The notes under the pieces are model-generated. The model saw only the letters and a program-made list of their open reading frames with translations. It made no database searches and was not told the DNA's origin. Below are positions 1 to 12,744 of a stretch of 64,000 nucleotides of DNA, piece after piece; position 1 is the first letter of the stretch, and each line of letters starts with the position of its first letter. The DNA comes from Tubiluchus corallicola (taxonomy: Eukaryota > Animalia > Priapulida). Position numbers and translations under genes: made by a program. Where the stretch lies: contig JAQGDQ010000033.1 of NCBI GenBank assembly GCA_030141605.1, forward strand, positions 186,001-250,000, written 5' to 3'.

Positions 1-109
1 TGGCTTTATCTACTTGTAATTATTTAATACAATTAATGCTAAAGGCTTTGTCAATACTAAAGTATCTAGTGAAAGAGAGTTTGATACAGTTATATGATTT
101 GTTTTATAG

Positions 110-2459
110 GCCTGAGCCAGGTTATGGAAATTACGTCACATCTGACACAGTTGGAGGTATGTTTTCTTTATTATAATATATGTACGTGTCGTACACACTA
201 GACACTAGCGCTTCACAGTGTGTGTTTCTCTAAACGATCTTAAATCGAGAAGTTGAACATATGCCAAAATGTCAAATTGCATTTTGATTATGTATTGTTT
301 TGTATGTGAAATGCATTTGTCTTCAAGATGTTAAAGTGACTGAAGGACTGTTATAATGTGAAAGTATACCTTCTGTTATTTATCTTTTGACCTAATTTAC
401 AGACATGTGTTTGGAAAAGCGAGCTTTCTTTCGAGCAGTATCCGGTTTGCATACCAGTATCAACGTTCACCTGTGTGCGGATTATTTATTCCCAAGTATG
501 TAAAATTTAGTAAGTTGTCAGTCTTTTGATGACTTTAATCCTCAATACCTTTCCTTAAAGTTAAAATTGTATTGTAAAAACTTTCACCGAATAAATTTTT
601 TGTTCTAATACCTGCAGTTAATATTCTAAGTATTGGATTCAAAATGAAATTCTTTTCTCAGTTTATTGTAGCATTTCGCATGGCTAAATCGTGCTGCACA
701 TTTTACTGCAATTCTTTTACCAGGCTTGGATGGTGAAGGAAGATGGGGTTTAAATGTTGAAGAGTTCCGACGGAGATTTGATCCTGAATTTACCCAGGGT
801 GAAGGACCACAACGATTACGAAATCTCTACTTTGTTTATTTGCTTGAATTGAGAGCATTAGCAAAGGCTGCGCCTTACTTCCAACAGGTGGTGACATTTA
901 CAAATAATATTGAAATTAATCAAGAATTATCATTTTTTATATCTCTTTTGTTTTAGTGATAAACTGCAGTATTTTCTGGATGATGAGTTACTCTCTTTAC
1001 AGATCCTTTCATTAGGTATCAGTGAGTAGGGAATCTAGGATCAACCGACAGATTATTTCGCCATCTATTATATTATTTTATTGTTTTATTGCAATGCACA
1101 TTCCAGATAGGATTTTACACTGGTAATGAAGAGGAAGATGCAGTAGTACAGAAGGGTGTAAATGAAATTCTCAACAATATTAGGTAACTATAAATTGCTC
1201 TTAATGATACATTCTTACAGATGCCTACAAAACAAAGTGCAGAGCTTTTCTGAGCCAAGACTACGCTATTTGTTTGCTATTCAGTATTTTCTTTTGCATT
1301 TAATTTAGACATATTACTGCCTATCAATAAGTACTTTTAATTTTTACTGCCTATCAATAAGTACTTTTAATTTGTTTTGTCTCTGTGTCATGATATCTTT
1401 TAAAAAGTGGTTGTATAGATTTAACTTTATACGTTAGTTCTGGTGTTGCCATCCTTTGGTTTAATAATTTGTTTTTATTTACTATTTTAATTTATGTAGG
1501 TCATTCCCAAATCACTTCAATGAAAGTGAGATGTTTCAAGGTGATCCAAAAACTGCTATTAAGTTGAAGGAGGAGTTTCGTCTTCATTTTCTCAACATAT
1601 CGCGCATAATGGATTGTGTCGGCTGTGATAAATGTAGACTATGGGGAAAACTGCAGGTTAATAGCCATCTTCATTTTAACATAACGTTTATTATGTCAGT
1701 TTTGATTTTGCTGACTTTCGGTTTAAATACATAGTTCGTGTCCATTGTAGTTTATTAGTACTGGCAGTACTGCATTTCTCGTCAGCTGTTGTCATCCCAC
1801 TTACACATCTTAGGGTTAAATATTGGTGGCAAAATTGAAATATGCACTTGAAAATGTTTTGCTGTAAATAGCATAGAGGACGTTATTATTACCCGGAGAA
1901 CAGTATTATTACTGTATTACTAGTTAAAGATCCAGCACAGATTAGTAATTAAGAAATTTTTGTCCAAAAAAATTAACAAAATCAGTCGGTATGATTGTGC
2001 ATTGCTTGGAACCACCACTAATTATAATAATTAGACTCACAATCGCGTGGCTTCCTTGAAATTTGGTAGAATTCCCTTGTCTTTGTTCTCACTTTCCTTG
2101 GTATAAAATTCTATAACTGTTACAGGTGCAAGGCCTGGGCACTGCCTTGAAAATACTCTTCTCTACAGACATCGACTCAAACATAAACTCACCGTCTAAA
2201 ATGAAAGGCATATTACAAAGAACGGAAATTGTATCTTTATGGAATGCTTTCTCGAAGTAAGTTGTATACTTCATATTAACTTATATGGTATGCTGCAGTT
2301 TCATCTCAACTATCTTTCTTGCATTGTTGCTGAGTGAAGTCTTCAAGGGCAAATCTTCGTATTTGCTCAAGGCAATATATTTGTTTCATTTATTACAGGT
2401 TGTCAGAAAGTGTAGCAGCAGTTGAGCTGTTTAGAAAACAGAAGGATAGTGGCAGATAA
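110..2459 (+). CDS. ERO1: ERO1-like ER oxidoreductin, 3' part (5' exons lie upstream of the window)
   Basis: Exons 110-156, 403-495, 724-887, 1107-1183, 1500-1656, 2126-2256 and 2399-2459 (TAA), all GT-AG with consistent phase. The translation contains [38 protein letters not shown] and the active-site segment [32 protein letters not shown]. Confidence 0.96.
1313..1373. repeat. 30-bp tandem duplication (ERO1 intron)
   Basis: TTACTGCCTATCAATAAGTACTTTTAATTT occurs twice. Confidence 0.9.
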
Positions 2460-3846
2460 CAAAACTAATAATTGATCTAATTTATTTTTCACTTGGAAAA
2501 GTATCCATTTCTCTATTTACGTTATCCGTAATGTTGAAAAAAGCAACTGTAAAATGATCATTTTGCTAGTCAACTTTATTGGAATTTTGTGAAACATTGA
2601 GCTAAGCTATAACACTATCTGTCTAAACGTTAACTGTCACTAGCATAGAGATCTGTCTAATGTCTACATAGTATTTTATCTTTTTTAAACTAGCGTAAGG
2701 CATTAAGAATTGTTGAGCACTGTATGTGTAATTTATCTCGTGAAACTATTAGTTTTAGCATTACAGTGAGTTTGATTTTAGTCTTGTTCTTGATTTAAAT
2801 TTTGTGGCCTTGGTTTTGATCTTGTGTTACACAGTGTTTAATGTATTTAACATATTTTTCCTGTTTACAAATGACAAGAAACTTTTGGCCAGTGATAGGA
2901 CGATTTGTCTTTTGTATTCATTTAATAATTGTGACTCCTCTGTTATCATTAAACATATTGGTGAGAAGCTTGTGATTCACTGGTACGTATAATTACGCAA
3001 AAGCTGTAATTTGTCTTTTAAATTCGTTTACTTTTGCGTCCATTGCTTCCATGACGCACTTGCTTTTGTAATTTTTCCATTTCTATCTCAGAAAATATAG
3101 ATTCAGTTCTACAACATTTATAATAAAAGCAGTTAGCTGCTAAATATGTGTTCTCTTTATTTAATAATTTACTTCTACGGTTACTGTTGAGTACAAAATT
3201 TGTGATATTGTATAATAAAGCAGATGTAAACATTTTTTCAAGTTTGAAACTTTTGATACTTGTATTGCACATTTCTTGTTGGATATTGGAAAGCAAATTA
3301 ATATACTTTTAATTTTACATTTACCTTCATTTGTTTTGTAGCAGTGCCAGATTTACATAAAAGCAGATGTGATTAGCATTGCATGTTATTTTTGTTGTTC
3401 AAAGTATTGGCAAAATCTAATACTGCGTAAAATTATCGAAGTTTATGTATTATGCACCATCACTGTAGCCTTTGAAATTTAGCAGAAAAGTTTGTAGTTC
3501 GTTGAAAAGTTGATCATTTACGTCTGTTACTGATAGTTTGATCTTGCATTAATTTTGAAGGTTGAACAATCTTTACTGTGTTACGAATAGATGTGACTAC
3601 TTTTGCAATAAATTATAATTTTACAGCATTATGAATGCTTCTTGCTTTTGGCATTATTTTTTAAAAATGGCAATCTTGTGAGAGCTTTGAACGTTTGCTT
3701 AAGTCCATACAAAAAAGAATATGCGAACATCACGCGACTCAGTGCAAAAACTGGCATGATTGTGAACAAAACGAATGATACAATGAAAATTTCTTTTTAC
3801 AAATTGCCATCCTGATTTTACTCTTAATTGATATTTCAGTATAATC

Positions 3847-6800
3847 CTACTGCATTTTCTGCAGTTTATTTATCCATGTAGTCACAGCTGAATGCACTCT
3901 CATGCTGAACACGTAGCTTACGAGCAATGCTACGCCTGTCACACAGTATCCAATGGCTTCAAAGATAAACTTCGGAGCAAATATTTTCCAGACCATAAGA
4001 TGTCGCCTATGTAGGCCGGCTGTAGCCATGGCTGCCAGCAACTAGAAATATGAATATTAATTACAAAAATAATAAAGTAGTATGTGACCAATAAAAAGTC
4101 AGCTATCCAACCCAAAAGGAATGCAAACCACGGAATGTGAGCCTGACAGTCACACAATTCCCTGTGAATGACTATGCTGGGTGAAATTTAGATGCAGTGC
4201 CAAAAAAGTTAAGGGTGAAATTTAGATGCAGTGCCAAAGTTAATTCCAGTACCTTTGTGCCTTGTACAGTGAGGTACATTATGCAGATTTTACCAACACT
4301 TATCAGAAACTCATTGTCATATGCATGCAGTATGAATTCTCCTTGTTTATCTTCTTCAGCAGTCTTCTGACTGACCTTCACTGTTTTTGGCATTCCTAAA
4401 GTTGCAGAAAGTGATACTACATTTTGTACAAATTTTAAATCACAGCTAATTTTTCAATGAAACAAGCATCTCAGCAATCAGTTCATTTTAAGTTAGATGC
4501 TTAACAACATGATAAAATCGTGTAAAGGCTTTTCCCACATTTTAGGTGAAAATATCGTCTAAAACTGGTTGCAAGAAAAATAATTGATTTCAGTGTTCAG
4601 TGAGATGACAAGCTCTAAAAAACAAGATATGTTGGTCAAACATTTACTTTCAACCACTAAGAAGGCAACACTGTTTGACAAAAGTGTTAATAACAGTAAA
4701 ACAGGCTGATCATGAATTTAGAAGTTTTATTAAGTACAGATTAAATATGTTTTATGAAGGAGAAAAGTGCAGCACTATTCTTACCAAGTTTCTGGAGTGA
4801 TCTACCATGAGCAAATGGCCAAATTATTACTAGGGGAAGAGCAATAGCGAAGATTATCTGCCCTCCATAAGTGTTACAGAGCAGCAACAATCCGGGCAAG
4901 ATGTTGCTGGTGTGGTCACCATGAAAACCCACAAATGCTGCTTCCCAGTTTATGGTAGGAAATGTGGCTTGGTGTCCCAATGAATAGAATGCGTGGATCG
5001 ACATCAGCTGCCATATTACTGCTATCCACCACTGTACAGCAAATTTGTCAGATGCTAAAAGACAAAATTTTAATTTTTGATAAATAAAATATCATTCTTT
5101 TACAGTACTGCAGCAGAATTTCAAAAAATGTCCCACTTTTTTGACTTCATTAAATGACTGAGCTGTTCTTAATAGGTGGCACTCATTAAAAGATATTATT
5201 TTCATTAAAACAAAGGGGAAGATCACCAAATTTTAATGTTTCGGAAATCTGCGAAATGACAATAGTCGCCTATCCTACATCTATCTAAATGCTAAGCAAA
5301 TACAGAAAGGCATTACTAGAAACGTGCCAAAAAGTGAAGCAATAATGGGCGCCATGTTCCAATAAAATTCTATAGTCTGCTAAATGGCAAAAAATGGGTG
5401 TCATGATGTTGTACAATATTAAAACTCCATTTGATTGTATGGCAAAAACAGCCATTGAGTGACACACTTGAAATATTGTCCCATATGCAGGCTAGTATGT
5501 GTAATATTTCTCTCTGCACATGCGTGGCATTTAAATCTACGTCTAGCTATACAGTAGAGAGTTGCCGCTACAATCGCAGAATCTTTTTTATGGTTATGGG
5601 AACAGAACTACTGTAGAGATCATAGACTAGAATCATTTGTACTGTAGTGTGCCTTTTACAATCACAAGCTGACCGTAATTTTTATACAGTCGGTGTCGAC
5701 AATTTTGAACTAGGTAGCAAGCATCAACACCCGTCTGTTGTGACGTCTAAAGGATTTAAATGACATCTTAAATTTTTCAAAAATTCGTCATGGAACAAGG
5801 ACTATAGCACAAAGTATTGGGTGTGATTCTAACTGCGACTATAGTGACATTATTTCAGATTCAGAATTTTTCCTTGTTTGACTGTAGCAGAAACTTTCTA
5901 GTAGCCTAAATTTTGCAAACTCATAACATGAACTTTGCATACAGTAATTTCACATGTTCTTACGTGTTCCTGAAGTTTTTTAGTATATGATATTAAGATC
6001 ATTTACTTAAATAATACCAAAAGAAACAAGGTAAGCCTGCATTGAACCTTATTTAATAATTATATCTTAGATTATTATTTAGTTTTTAAGCAAAAATGAG
6101 ATGAATAAAAATATCTTTTTTCTAGCTTAGATTCTTACTTTTATGATCGATATTCACAACACAACTGTACATTTCAAGAAAGATGAATAAGATAGTAAGA
6201 AGCAAAAGTAGGCTTCCGCTAAATCCATCTCCAAGAAGTAATAACAGCACCACGGACACAGCTGCTAAAAGAGCCATCACACTAGCAGAATACACTGTCG
6301 CAAGCCCATAAACAACAGGCGGCGAGGCTAAACATGAATCCATATTTTGCAAGTGCTCCTTCCAGTGAATCTTCAAGTGATTCCATACCTGTATATATGA
6401 ATAACTGGAATTGCAGAACCATTTTACCAGATACAGTGAACAACTATAATGCTAGTTAATTATGTATAGCCTACACATCTCAGTATTTTATAAGATTAAA
6501 TCTGAGAGGATCATATTAGTTATATAACTTACAGAATATCTATTGAATAGTGAACATCGAATAGAATATCTGTTAGATCTTATGCTTATAGATACTTGAA
6601 TAACTATGAGAATGCAAAAGAAATGTCTGCAGAATTATGTTCTAACTACCCTTTCACATACAAAATTACACAGGTTTACGACTAACCACAACTTTAATCT
6701 ATTCCGCATTAACTAAGTAGGTTTATGGCTTATTTTAGCTATTTAAACGGCAACATAATTAATTGTTACCTAAAACTGAATTACACAATTTAATACCTTA

Positions 6801-9800
6801 CCTGAGGAATAAGCATCCTGTCTTTGTTTAACTGTATTGTTTGACTATTCCCCGGAATCACTAAGTGTACACATAATGGCTGGATAAGGAATGCCAATAA
6901 ACAAATAGCAAATAATCCATATATAAGCTGAGGTAATATTGCATGCTGCCAGGCAGGTAGGGAATCTAATATCTTTTGAGGCATACACAAGAATGCCCAG
7001 TAAAAACACAAACATGTTATCATCATTGGAAGAATGCATTTAACACACATTACACTAAATGAGTAACCTGTCAAGTTACCGAAATGCCGCATTGTAATGG
7101 TGACAGCACCCAGCAAATAACCAATGCACACAATGGCAGAGAAATATCGAAAGTTTCTGAAAGCAGCATAATAAGCAGATATGGCAGAAAGTGGCTGAAT
7201 AAACAAAGATAAATCACAGTCTAATTGTTCTTCTCTGCATCTTCTATAATAGTAGCCAAGTCTTAGAAACAATGTCAACAGAATACACATGACGAAAAAT
7301 ATAAATTTATAATTCGTGACTAGCTGGATGCCATTATTTACATACTTTTGATTGCCTTTGCCCGTCTTCGGTGGGGCAGGGTTATTCAATCCTAGATATG
7401 TAAATACAAAAATTGCTGATTGAATAAAAAAGCAGCAAACACAATCTTCATACACGACATAGCTGTTCGAAAATGCTGACAAAAAGTGGACCGCATTCAC
7501 AAAGCAGCAGAAAATAAACATCATTTGATGTATATGCAGCTTAGATCGTCTACAGCACTTGAATTGTGACTGCTTCCATAGTCTTGGTATTTTCCCCAGA
7601 ATGTACACGCTGGGAGGAATGATCATGGATGTAAATGCCGACACCGATGATAAATTTGTTAAAATGGCATATAAAATTAACAACATGAAAGATACAAGAA
7701 GAGTGGCAAAGACAAACCAGGCCTCAGTTGCACTTTCCCGAAAATCTCCACTTTGTTCAAATAAGAAGATCAGTGCACAAATTATGCTTACCACTAACAG
7801 CATTATGCCACCACAAATAGATAAAATGTCAAAATGAGCCCACACTTCATGACACATCACCTTGACATCATGTAGGTAAGCATCAAGTTCTTGTAATGTT
7901 TGATTTAGTAATGTGACATTCACTTTTTCCCAGACAAGTTGTAAACTCAAGTTACTAATTTGCTCATGAATTCTTGTAAGGTTCAACTGCAGTTGTTTGT
8001 ATCTATAGTAAGGAAGATCTTTGTTGTTTTTCACATACTCAGCCAAGTATGAGCTCACCTGAAAATATTACAAAATTTGATATTCAAGGACAGCATATAT
8101 TGTGCTTCAGTATAATTCAGCAGCGAAACTGTGGCAAAAAAGCAAAGTGAAATACACACTTACTGTAAAAAACATTATTATCCTGAGAAAAACACTAGTC
8201 AATGACAAATACAAGTTTGACAAATTGGCACATGGATTTTATATCTTTATTTTGTAGATCTACTTGTCACAATACCTTTATTCTAGTATTACGAGAATAC
8301 TCTCAAAGAAAATTGAATTCAGCTGCTAAATTCTGAACAATAAACACCTTGACATTATCATATGTCAGACTGAATGCCTTAGCAATATAACTGTGAGGCA
8401 ACAACATTCTGTTTGCAGAAAGCTCAAGACAAAATAAATCCTTGTACAATGCATCAGAGCACAGAAACAATGTTTTACTTTAAAAGAGAACTGTGACCTT
8501 TCTTAGTCACATTTTGAAGATTTTGCAAATTCTAATATAAACAAATCGAGAATTTGTAACATGCCTAGTTACTTTTTTAATCAAGGTCTAAAATAAAGCT
8601 GTGAATGATAAAATGCAGCAATATATAAAATCTTATTTAAAACTGTCTTCCTACCAACTGTATTTCCCTTTTAAGTATTACCAGAACTAAACAGTATTTT
8701 TCTAAATTTACCTGAAATGCATTAAGTTCTAATGCTTGCAGTAATACTAAGCTGTCTTGCACATTATGTAGTAACACCGATTCTTTAGTGTTCTCCTCTG
8801 GCAAGGAAAAAAGATCCGGAATCACTGATCCCAGGTTAGAAAAAGGAATTGGGAGACCAAGTAACAAGGAAAGTGAAGGAACTATATCTACTTGTGAAAC
8901 AGATGTTCTTGATAACTGCAAGAAAGCAAAAACAACATCACAGTATAATAATACTATAAACTGTACCAGTGAAGTAAAGAAAGCATTCAGAAACTCAGAA
9001 AACTTTTTGCACATCCTGGTATTTTAACATAATACTGGACATCAATAGCATGTAACTGGAACAGTCAGTTCTCTGCTTAGAGTATAATTAACTTTCTGAA
9101 CTTGTATATATTAGACAAAACGAAAAAAAGAAATGCAGGTCTTATTGACTAAAAAGCAAATACAATTAGTGTGTTTCTTTTGCTGCCATTCAAATCTTAA
9201 CAAAACATCACACATTGAATATTGAACATTTCTCGCAGCAAACTTCTGGCCCATTGCTAGAGTTCAAACATGTGTCAAAATAAAGTTTTGTTATCACCAA
9301 TGAATGCCCCGAAACAGCTTGAGCAGATAAATTTATTTATACGCAAATATATGCAAAATATTTGATTATTATTACCACTACAACCAGACCTACAATAAAA
9401 TGAGTACATACTAAAACCCGAACTTGTCAAATTAACACAAATTTTTGTATAATAATTACCAAATTTGGAGAATATTTATGGAATACTTTTAATTACTACT
9501 AATGCGCTACATCATAATGCTCACCAAATTAGGACGTGTTCGAATAAATGGTTTCTTGCTATACACAAACAGAGCAGAATTCACCTCATCATTACTATCT
9601 CCACCATGATCACCTGTTCTGGTCATTCCATGATCACCCATTACAAGGAGCAGGGCATCATTAGGAAGAATTTTAACAACAGACCTGTAAAAAACAAGGT
9701 AGTATGATTGGTGAAATTAAGAAATAAAACAAGAGCCAAGTCTCTTTCGAAGTTGAACTTATTTTAACATATGAGAGAAATGTTAGAAAGTTTCACAATA

Positions 9801-12744
9801 AAATTGTGATAAGCACCTCACAAAATTAGTAAAATCAATTTAAAGTCACAATCACTTCAGCCCTAGGCGCCCTTATTTCAATGAAAATTGGTGTCATCTG
9901 GTTACAGTGATATGATACAAACACCTACCCTGCCAGGTGCTTGAACAATATTTTTTTGGAAATGCAGTTACAATTGTCAACTACAAACAATCCAAACATT
10001 AAGCTAGATACTATTAACATATTTTTTGCCTTTTGATTGAATATTGTTGCCCAATATGTAATTAAAATCAGTTAATCCCAACAAAGTGACAGATTAATTA
10101 TAATAACAAGCTAAAACTGAGATAAACTAAGTAACCCGCCCGGCACCTTCTATATCCTTGCAGAGCTGCACGTTTATCTGAAAGTCAATAACAATGTATA
10201 AATTAATTATGTACACATTGTACTGTACTTGCACACTTAAGGTATAATCCTGTGGTTTAAAGTTATGTAGCCACTTTGAGTTGTTGCTAATGTGTCCGAT
10301 GACTAACAACGTTAGAATAGGGGACCTATTACTTAGTGTACCTTCAAGGCATTCACGCCGTCCATCAGCTTACATCATTTTTTCATGTATGCATGCAGTG
10401 AGGTGTGTTTAGCATGAGACAAGAATGATTTAAATTTCGTGCGCATTTTTAAGCAAAGCATTTTATGCACATATATTCTATAGTTGAATACAAAAATATA
10501 ATAAATGTTACACGAAAGAGCCAGCTTCTAGGAATCAACATGTTTATTGAGCGACAGTCGTTTTGGCTCTTGAAGCCATTATCAAACTATAAATCAAGCC
10601 AAAAAGAAGAATAAACGATACATTAATGATACAAAGGCACAAATTGAAACTACAAACAACAGATTAGAATTTAACTTATCAAAATAAACTAGGTCGTAAA
10701 GAAATGTACAAACTTTTTACCCAACATATGAGAACCAAAAAAGAACAACAGGTAAACAATTAATCCAAGTCTACATCATGAAGAACCACAGCAGTAAGCA
10801 TTACAAGAATAAAACACAACTTCTACAATTTGCAAAATTTACAACAAGTGGGAACTATAATAAGGGAAACCAGCAGCATGTCATTGTGAAAGTGACAAGA
10901 GACTAAATATCCAACAGGACCACTACAGACTCTGAGGAACATAGTCAAACAAATTTCAAACCACAGAAACAAATAGAGTGCGACAAGGTACCATCAATGA
11001 TAGTTGCGTATCAAGAATTGGGCGGTGCTTCATAATGCATAAAGCCTCTGCTATTTTGAACATTACTTGCCCTAAATAAAATGCTAAATGCAGAGTTGAA
11101 GCTATGCCAATCACATCTGCATGCAGTATGGTGAGAGTCAAGCTGGCTTTTGAGAAGCTCCCCAATTCTAGTACAAAGATGATGCTTCGTCTGACCGATG
11201 TAAGATGCCTGGTACACACCACAGGTGTACTCATACACAACATTAGAATGCAATAATTTGTGAGTGTCTTTTGTCACTGGCAAACAGGAGATTTCATACT
11301 TTGATAATGGCTTCAACAGGCAAAACGATCATTGCTCAATAAACACAATGAATGTTGTACGAGGGTAGGTTTCCTTTAACAAATTGTTATTCATTACTCA
11401 ACAAGCTAAAAAAACATGAATGAAAATAAAGTTACTATATACCCATGTGATTGTAAAATAAGTGCATCTGGCAGACAGGCATCTATGAGCTCAATAATAA
11501 TTCAAGGCTAACAAGGATTCCTGGGTGCTTTCCACCCAATAAGTTATGGGTTCAAATTTCATGACCCAATCATACCAAAAATTTGGCAATTTCATGACCC
11601 AATCATACCAAAAATTTGGCAATGGTATCTGTTAAAGAACGTGGAATGACAGAAGTAACATACATGATGGTAATAATAATAATAATCCACAAATTATTAT
11701 GTAGAGTATTTATCAGATGTGGCAAAAGGCAAATTACATCACTTATGCACAAATGAAACCTAAAAACTGCAAAAGAGAGCAAGGCCTAAGAAAATTAACA
11801 TTACCATTGATACATTGGGACAAGTAGCTATGTTAGCAATAAATTTTCGGGTCGAGTCACGGGAATTACTTAGATCAATTGCTGCCTGACATGAGGAGTC
11901 AACTTTTATAAAATACTGGATTTGAATATAAATGTTTTATTATTTCATACCTTAAAACACCATTTATTTGCTTGAGCTTTTCGGCCATCGCGGGATGATT
12001 AGGCCCATACCGATGACCACAATGATCGACTCCAAGAAAGTGTGCAATAATTATATCCCATTCTTCTTTTTCCATTTCCGGCAGTAGATGTTCAATGACA
12101 CCATTATCTACTGTATGTAGATCCTTAACATTAAATGATGGATAAGGAAAATTCCAAAAAAACCGTCCAGGGTATAAACCTAACCATGTGTCATCACCCA
12201 TAAATACAATTTTCTTATTTGCTGACACTAAGTGGTCTATTAAATTGTCTTCACGAATCTCAGCAGATGCAAAATTTGCCCCCGCATCAATGAAAGTTGG
12301 CAAGCTTCCTGTTGTCATGCCTTTCAGACGTTGCATTGTCGTTGTAGGAGGATCAGCTAGAAATCTCATGAGCTTAGATGAGGCAGGATGTTTTCTAATA
12401 AGCTGTTTAAAAATAGAAAGCTTGTTCGCATAAGGAACAGAAGTGTTCAGTGACGACTGATAAGCAGCAAAGTCATAACGCAAGCCATCCACAATGATAA
12501 TGACTGCTTTTTTAAAATAAGCCTGCATCCAACAATTACCATCAAGATGATTTAAATGTACGTAATTTCTTTCTCTCAAAAATCTTGAATAATGAAGTAA
12601 ATTATAATCTGTAATTTTGCAATACGTTGTGTTTCTCAGTTCATCTCGCTTGAGTAAAAACCCCTTTGTAAACACAAAAATAGCAACAATACCAATTGAA
12701 AATAAGGATAAAAAACACAAAAACAGAAATTTTGTTTTTTGCAT
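3847..12744 (-). CDS. PIGO: GPI ethanolamine phosphate transferase 3 (PIG-O/Gpi13), complete, about 1090 aa
   Basis: Exons 12744-11951, 9684-9525, 8915-8712, 8058-6802, 6388-6139, 5054-4785, 4395-4253 and 4041-3847 total 3273 nt. Motifs: FTKGFLL, VDGLRYDF, ADPPTTTMQRLKGMTTGSLPTFID, HFLGVDHCGHRYGPNHP, GDHGMTRTGDHGGDS, QVDIVPSLSLLLGLPIPFSNLG, SNSYVVYED, RCREEQ, GHQATF, RRHLMVWKIFAPKFIFE. Confidence 0.96.
4179..4243. repeat. ~34-bp tandem duplication (PIGO last intron)
   Basis: GGGTGAAATTTAGATGCAGTGCCAAA occurs twice. Confidence 0.9.
9730..10480. repeat. Unclassified interspersed repeat, copy A (PIGO intron 1)
   Basis: Collinear similarity to 62238-62915, including TAAAATTGTGATAAG, AATTAGTAAAATCAATTTAAAGTC, CTGCCAGGTGCTT, TATCTGAAAGTCAA and CATTTTTAAGCAAAGCATT. 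Confidence 0.8.
10541..11345 (-). mobile_element. Penelope-like retroelement remnant (GIY-YIG endonuclease C-terminus) with inverted terminal segment, in PIGO intron 1
   Basis: The ORF 11011-11316 contains SNVVYEYTC..ASYIGQTKHHLCTRIGE, the PLE-type GIY-YIG pattern. A ~46-bp imperfect inverted repeat lies at 10541-10586 and 11300-11345. Confidence 0.8.
11556..11623. repeat. 33-bp tandem duplication (PIGO intron 1)
   Basis: AATTTCATGACCCAATCATACCAAAAATTTGGC occurs twice. Confidence 0.9.
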
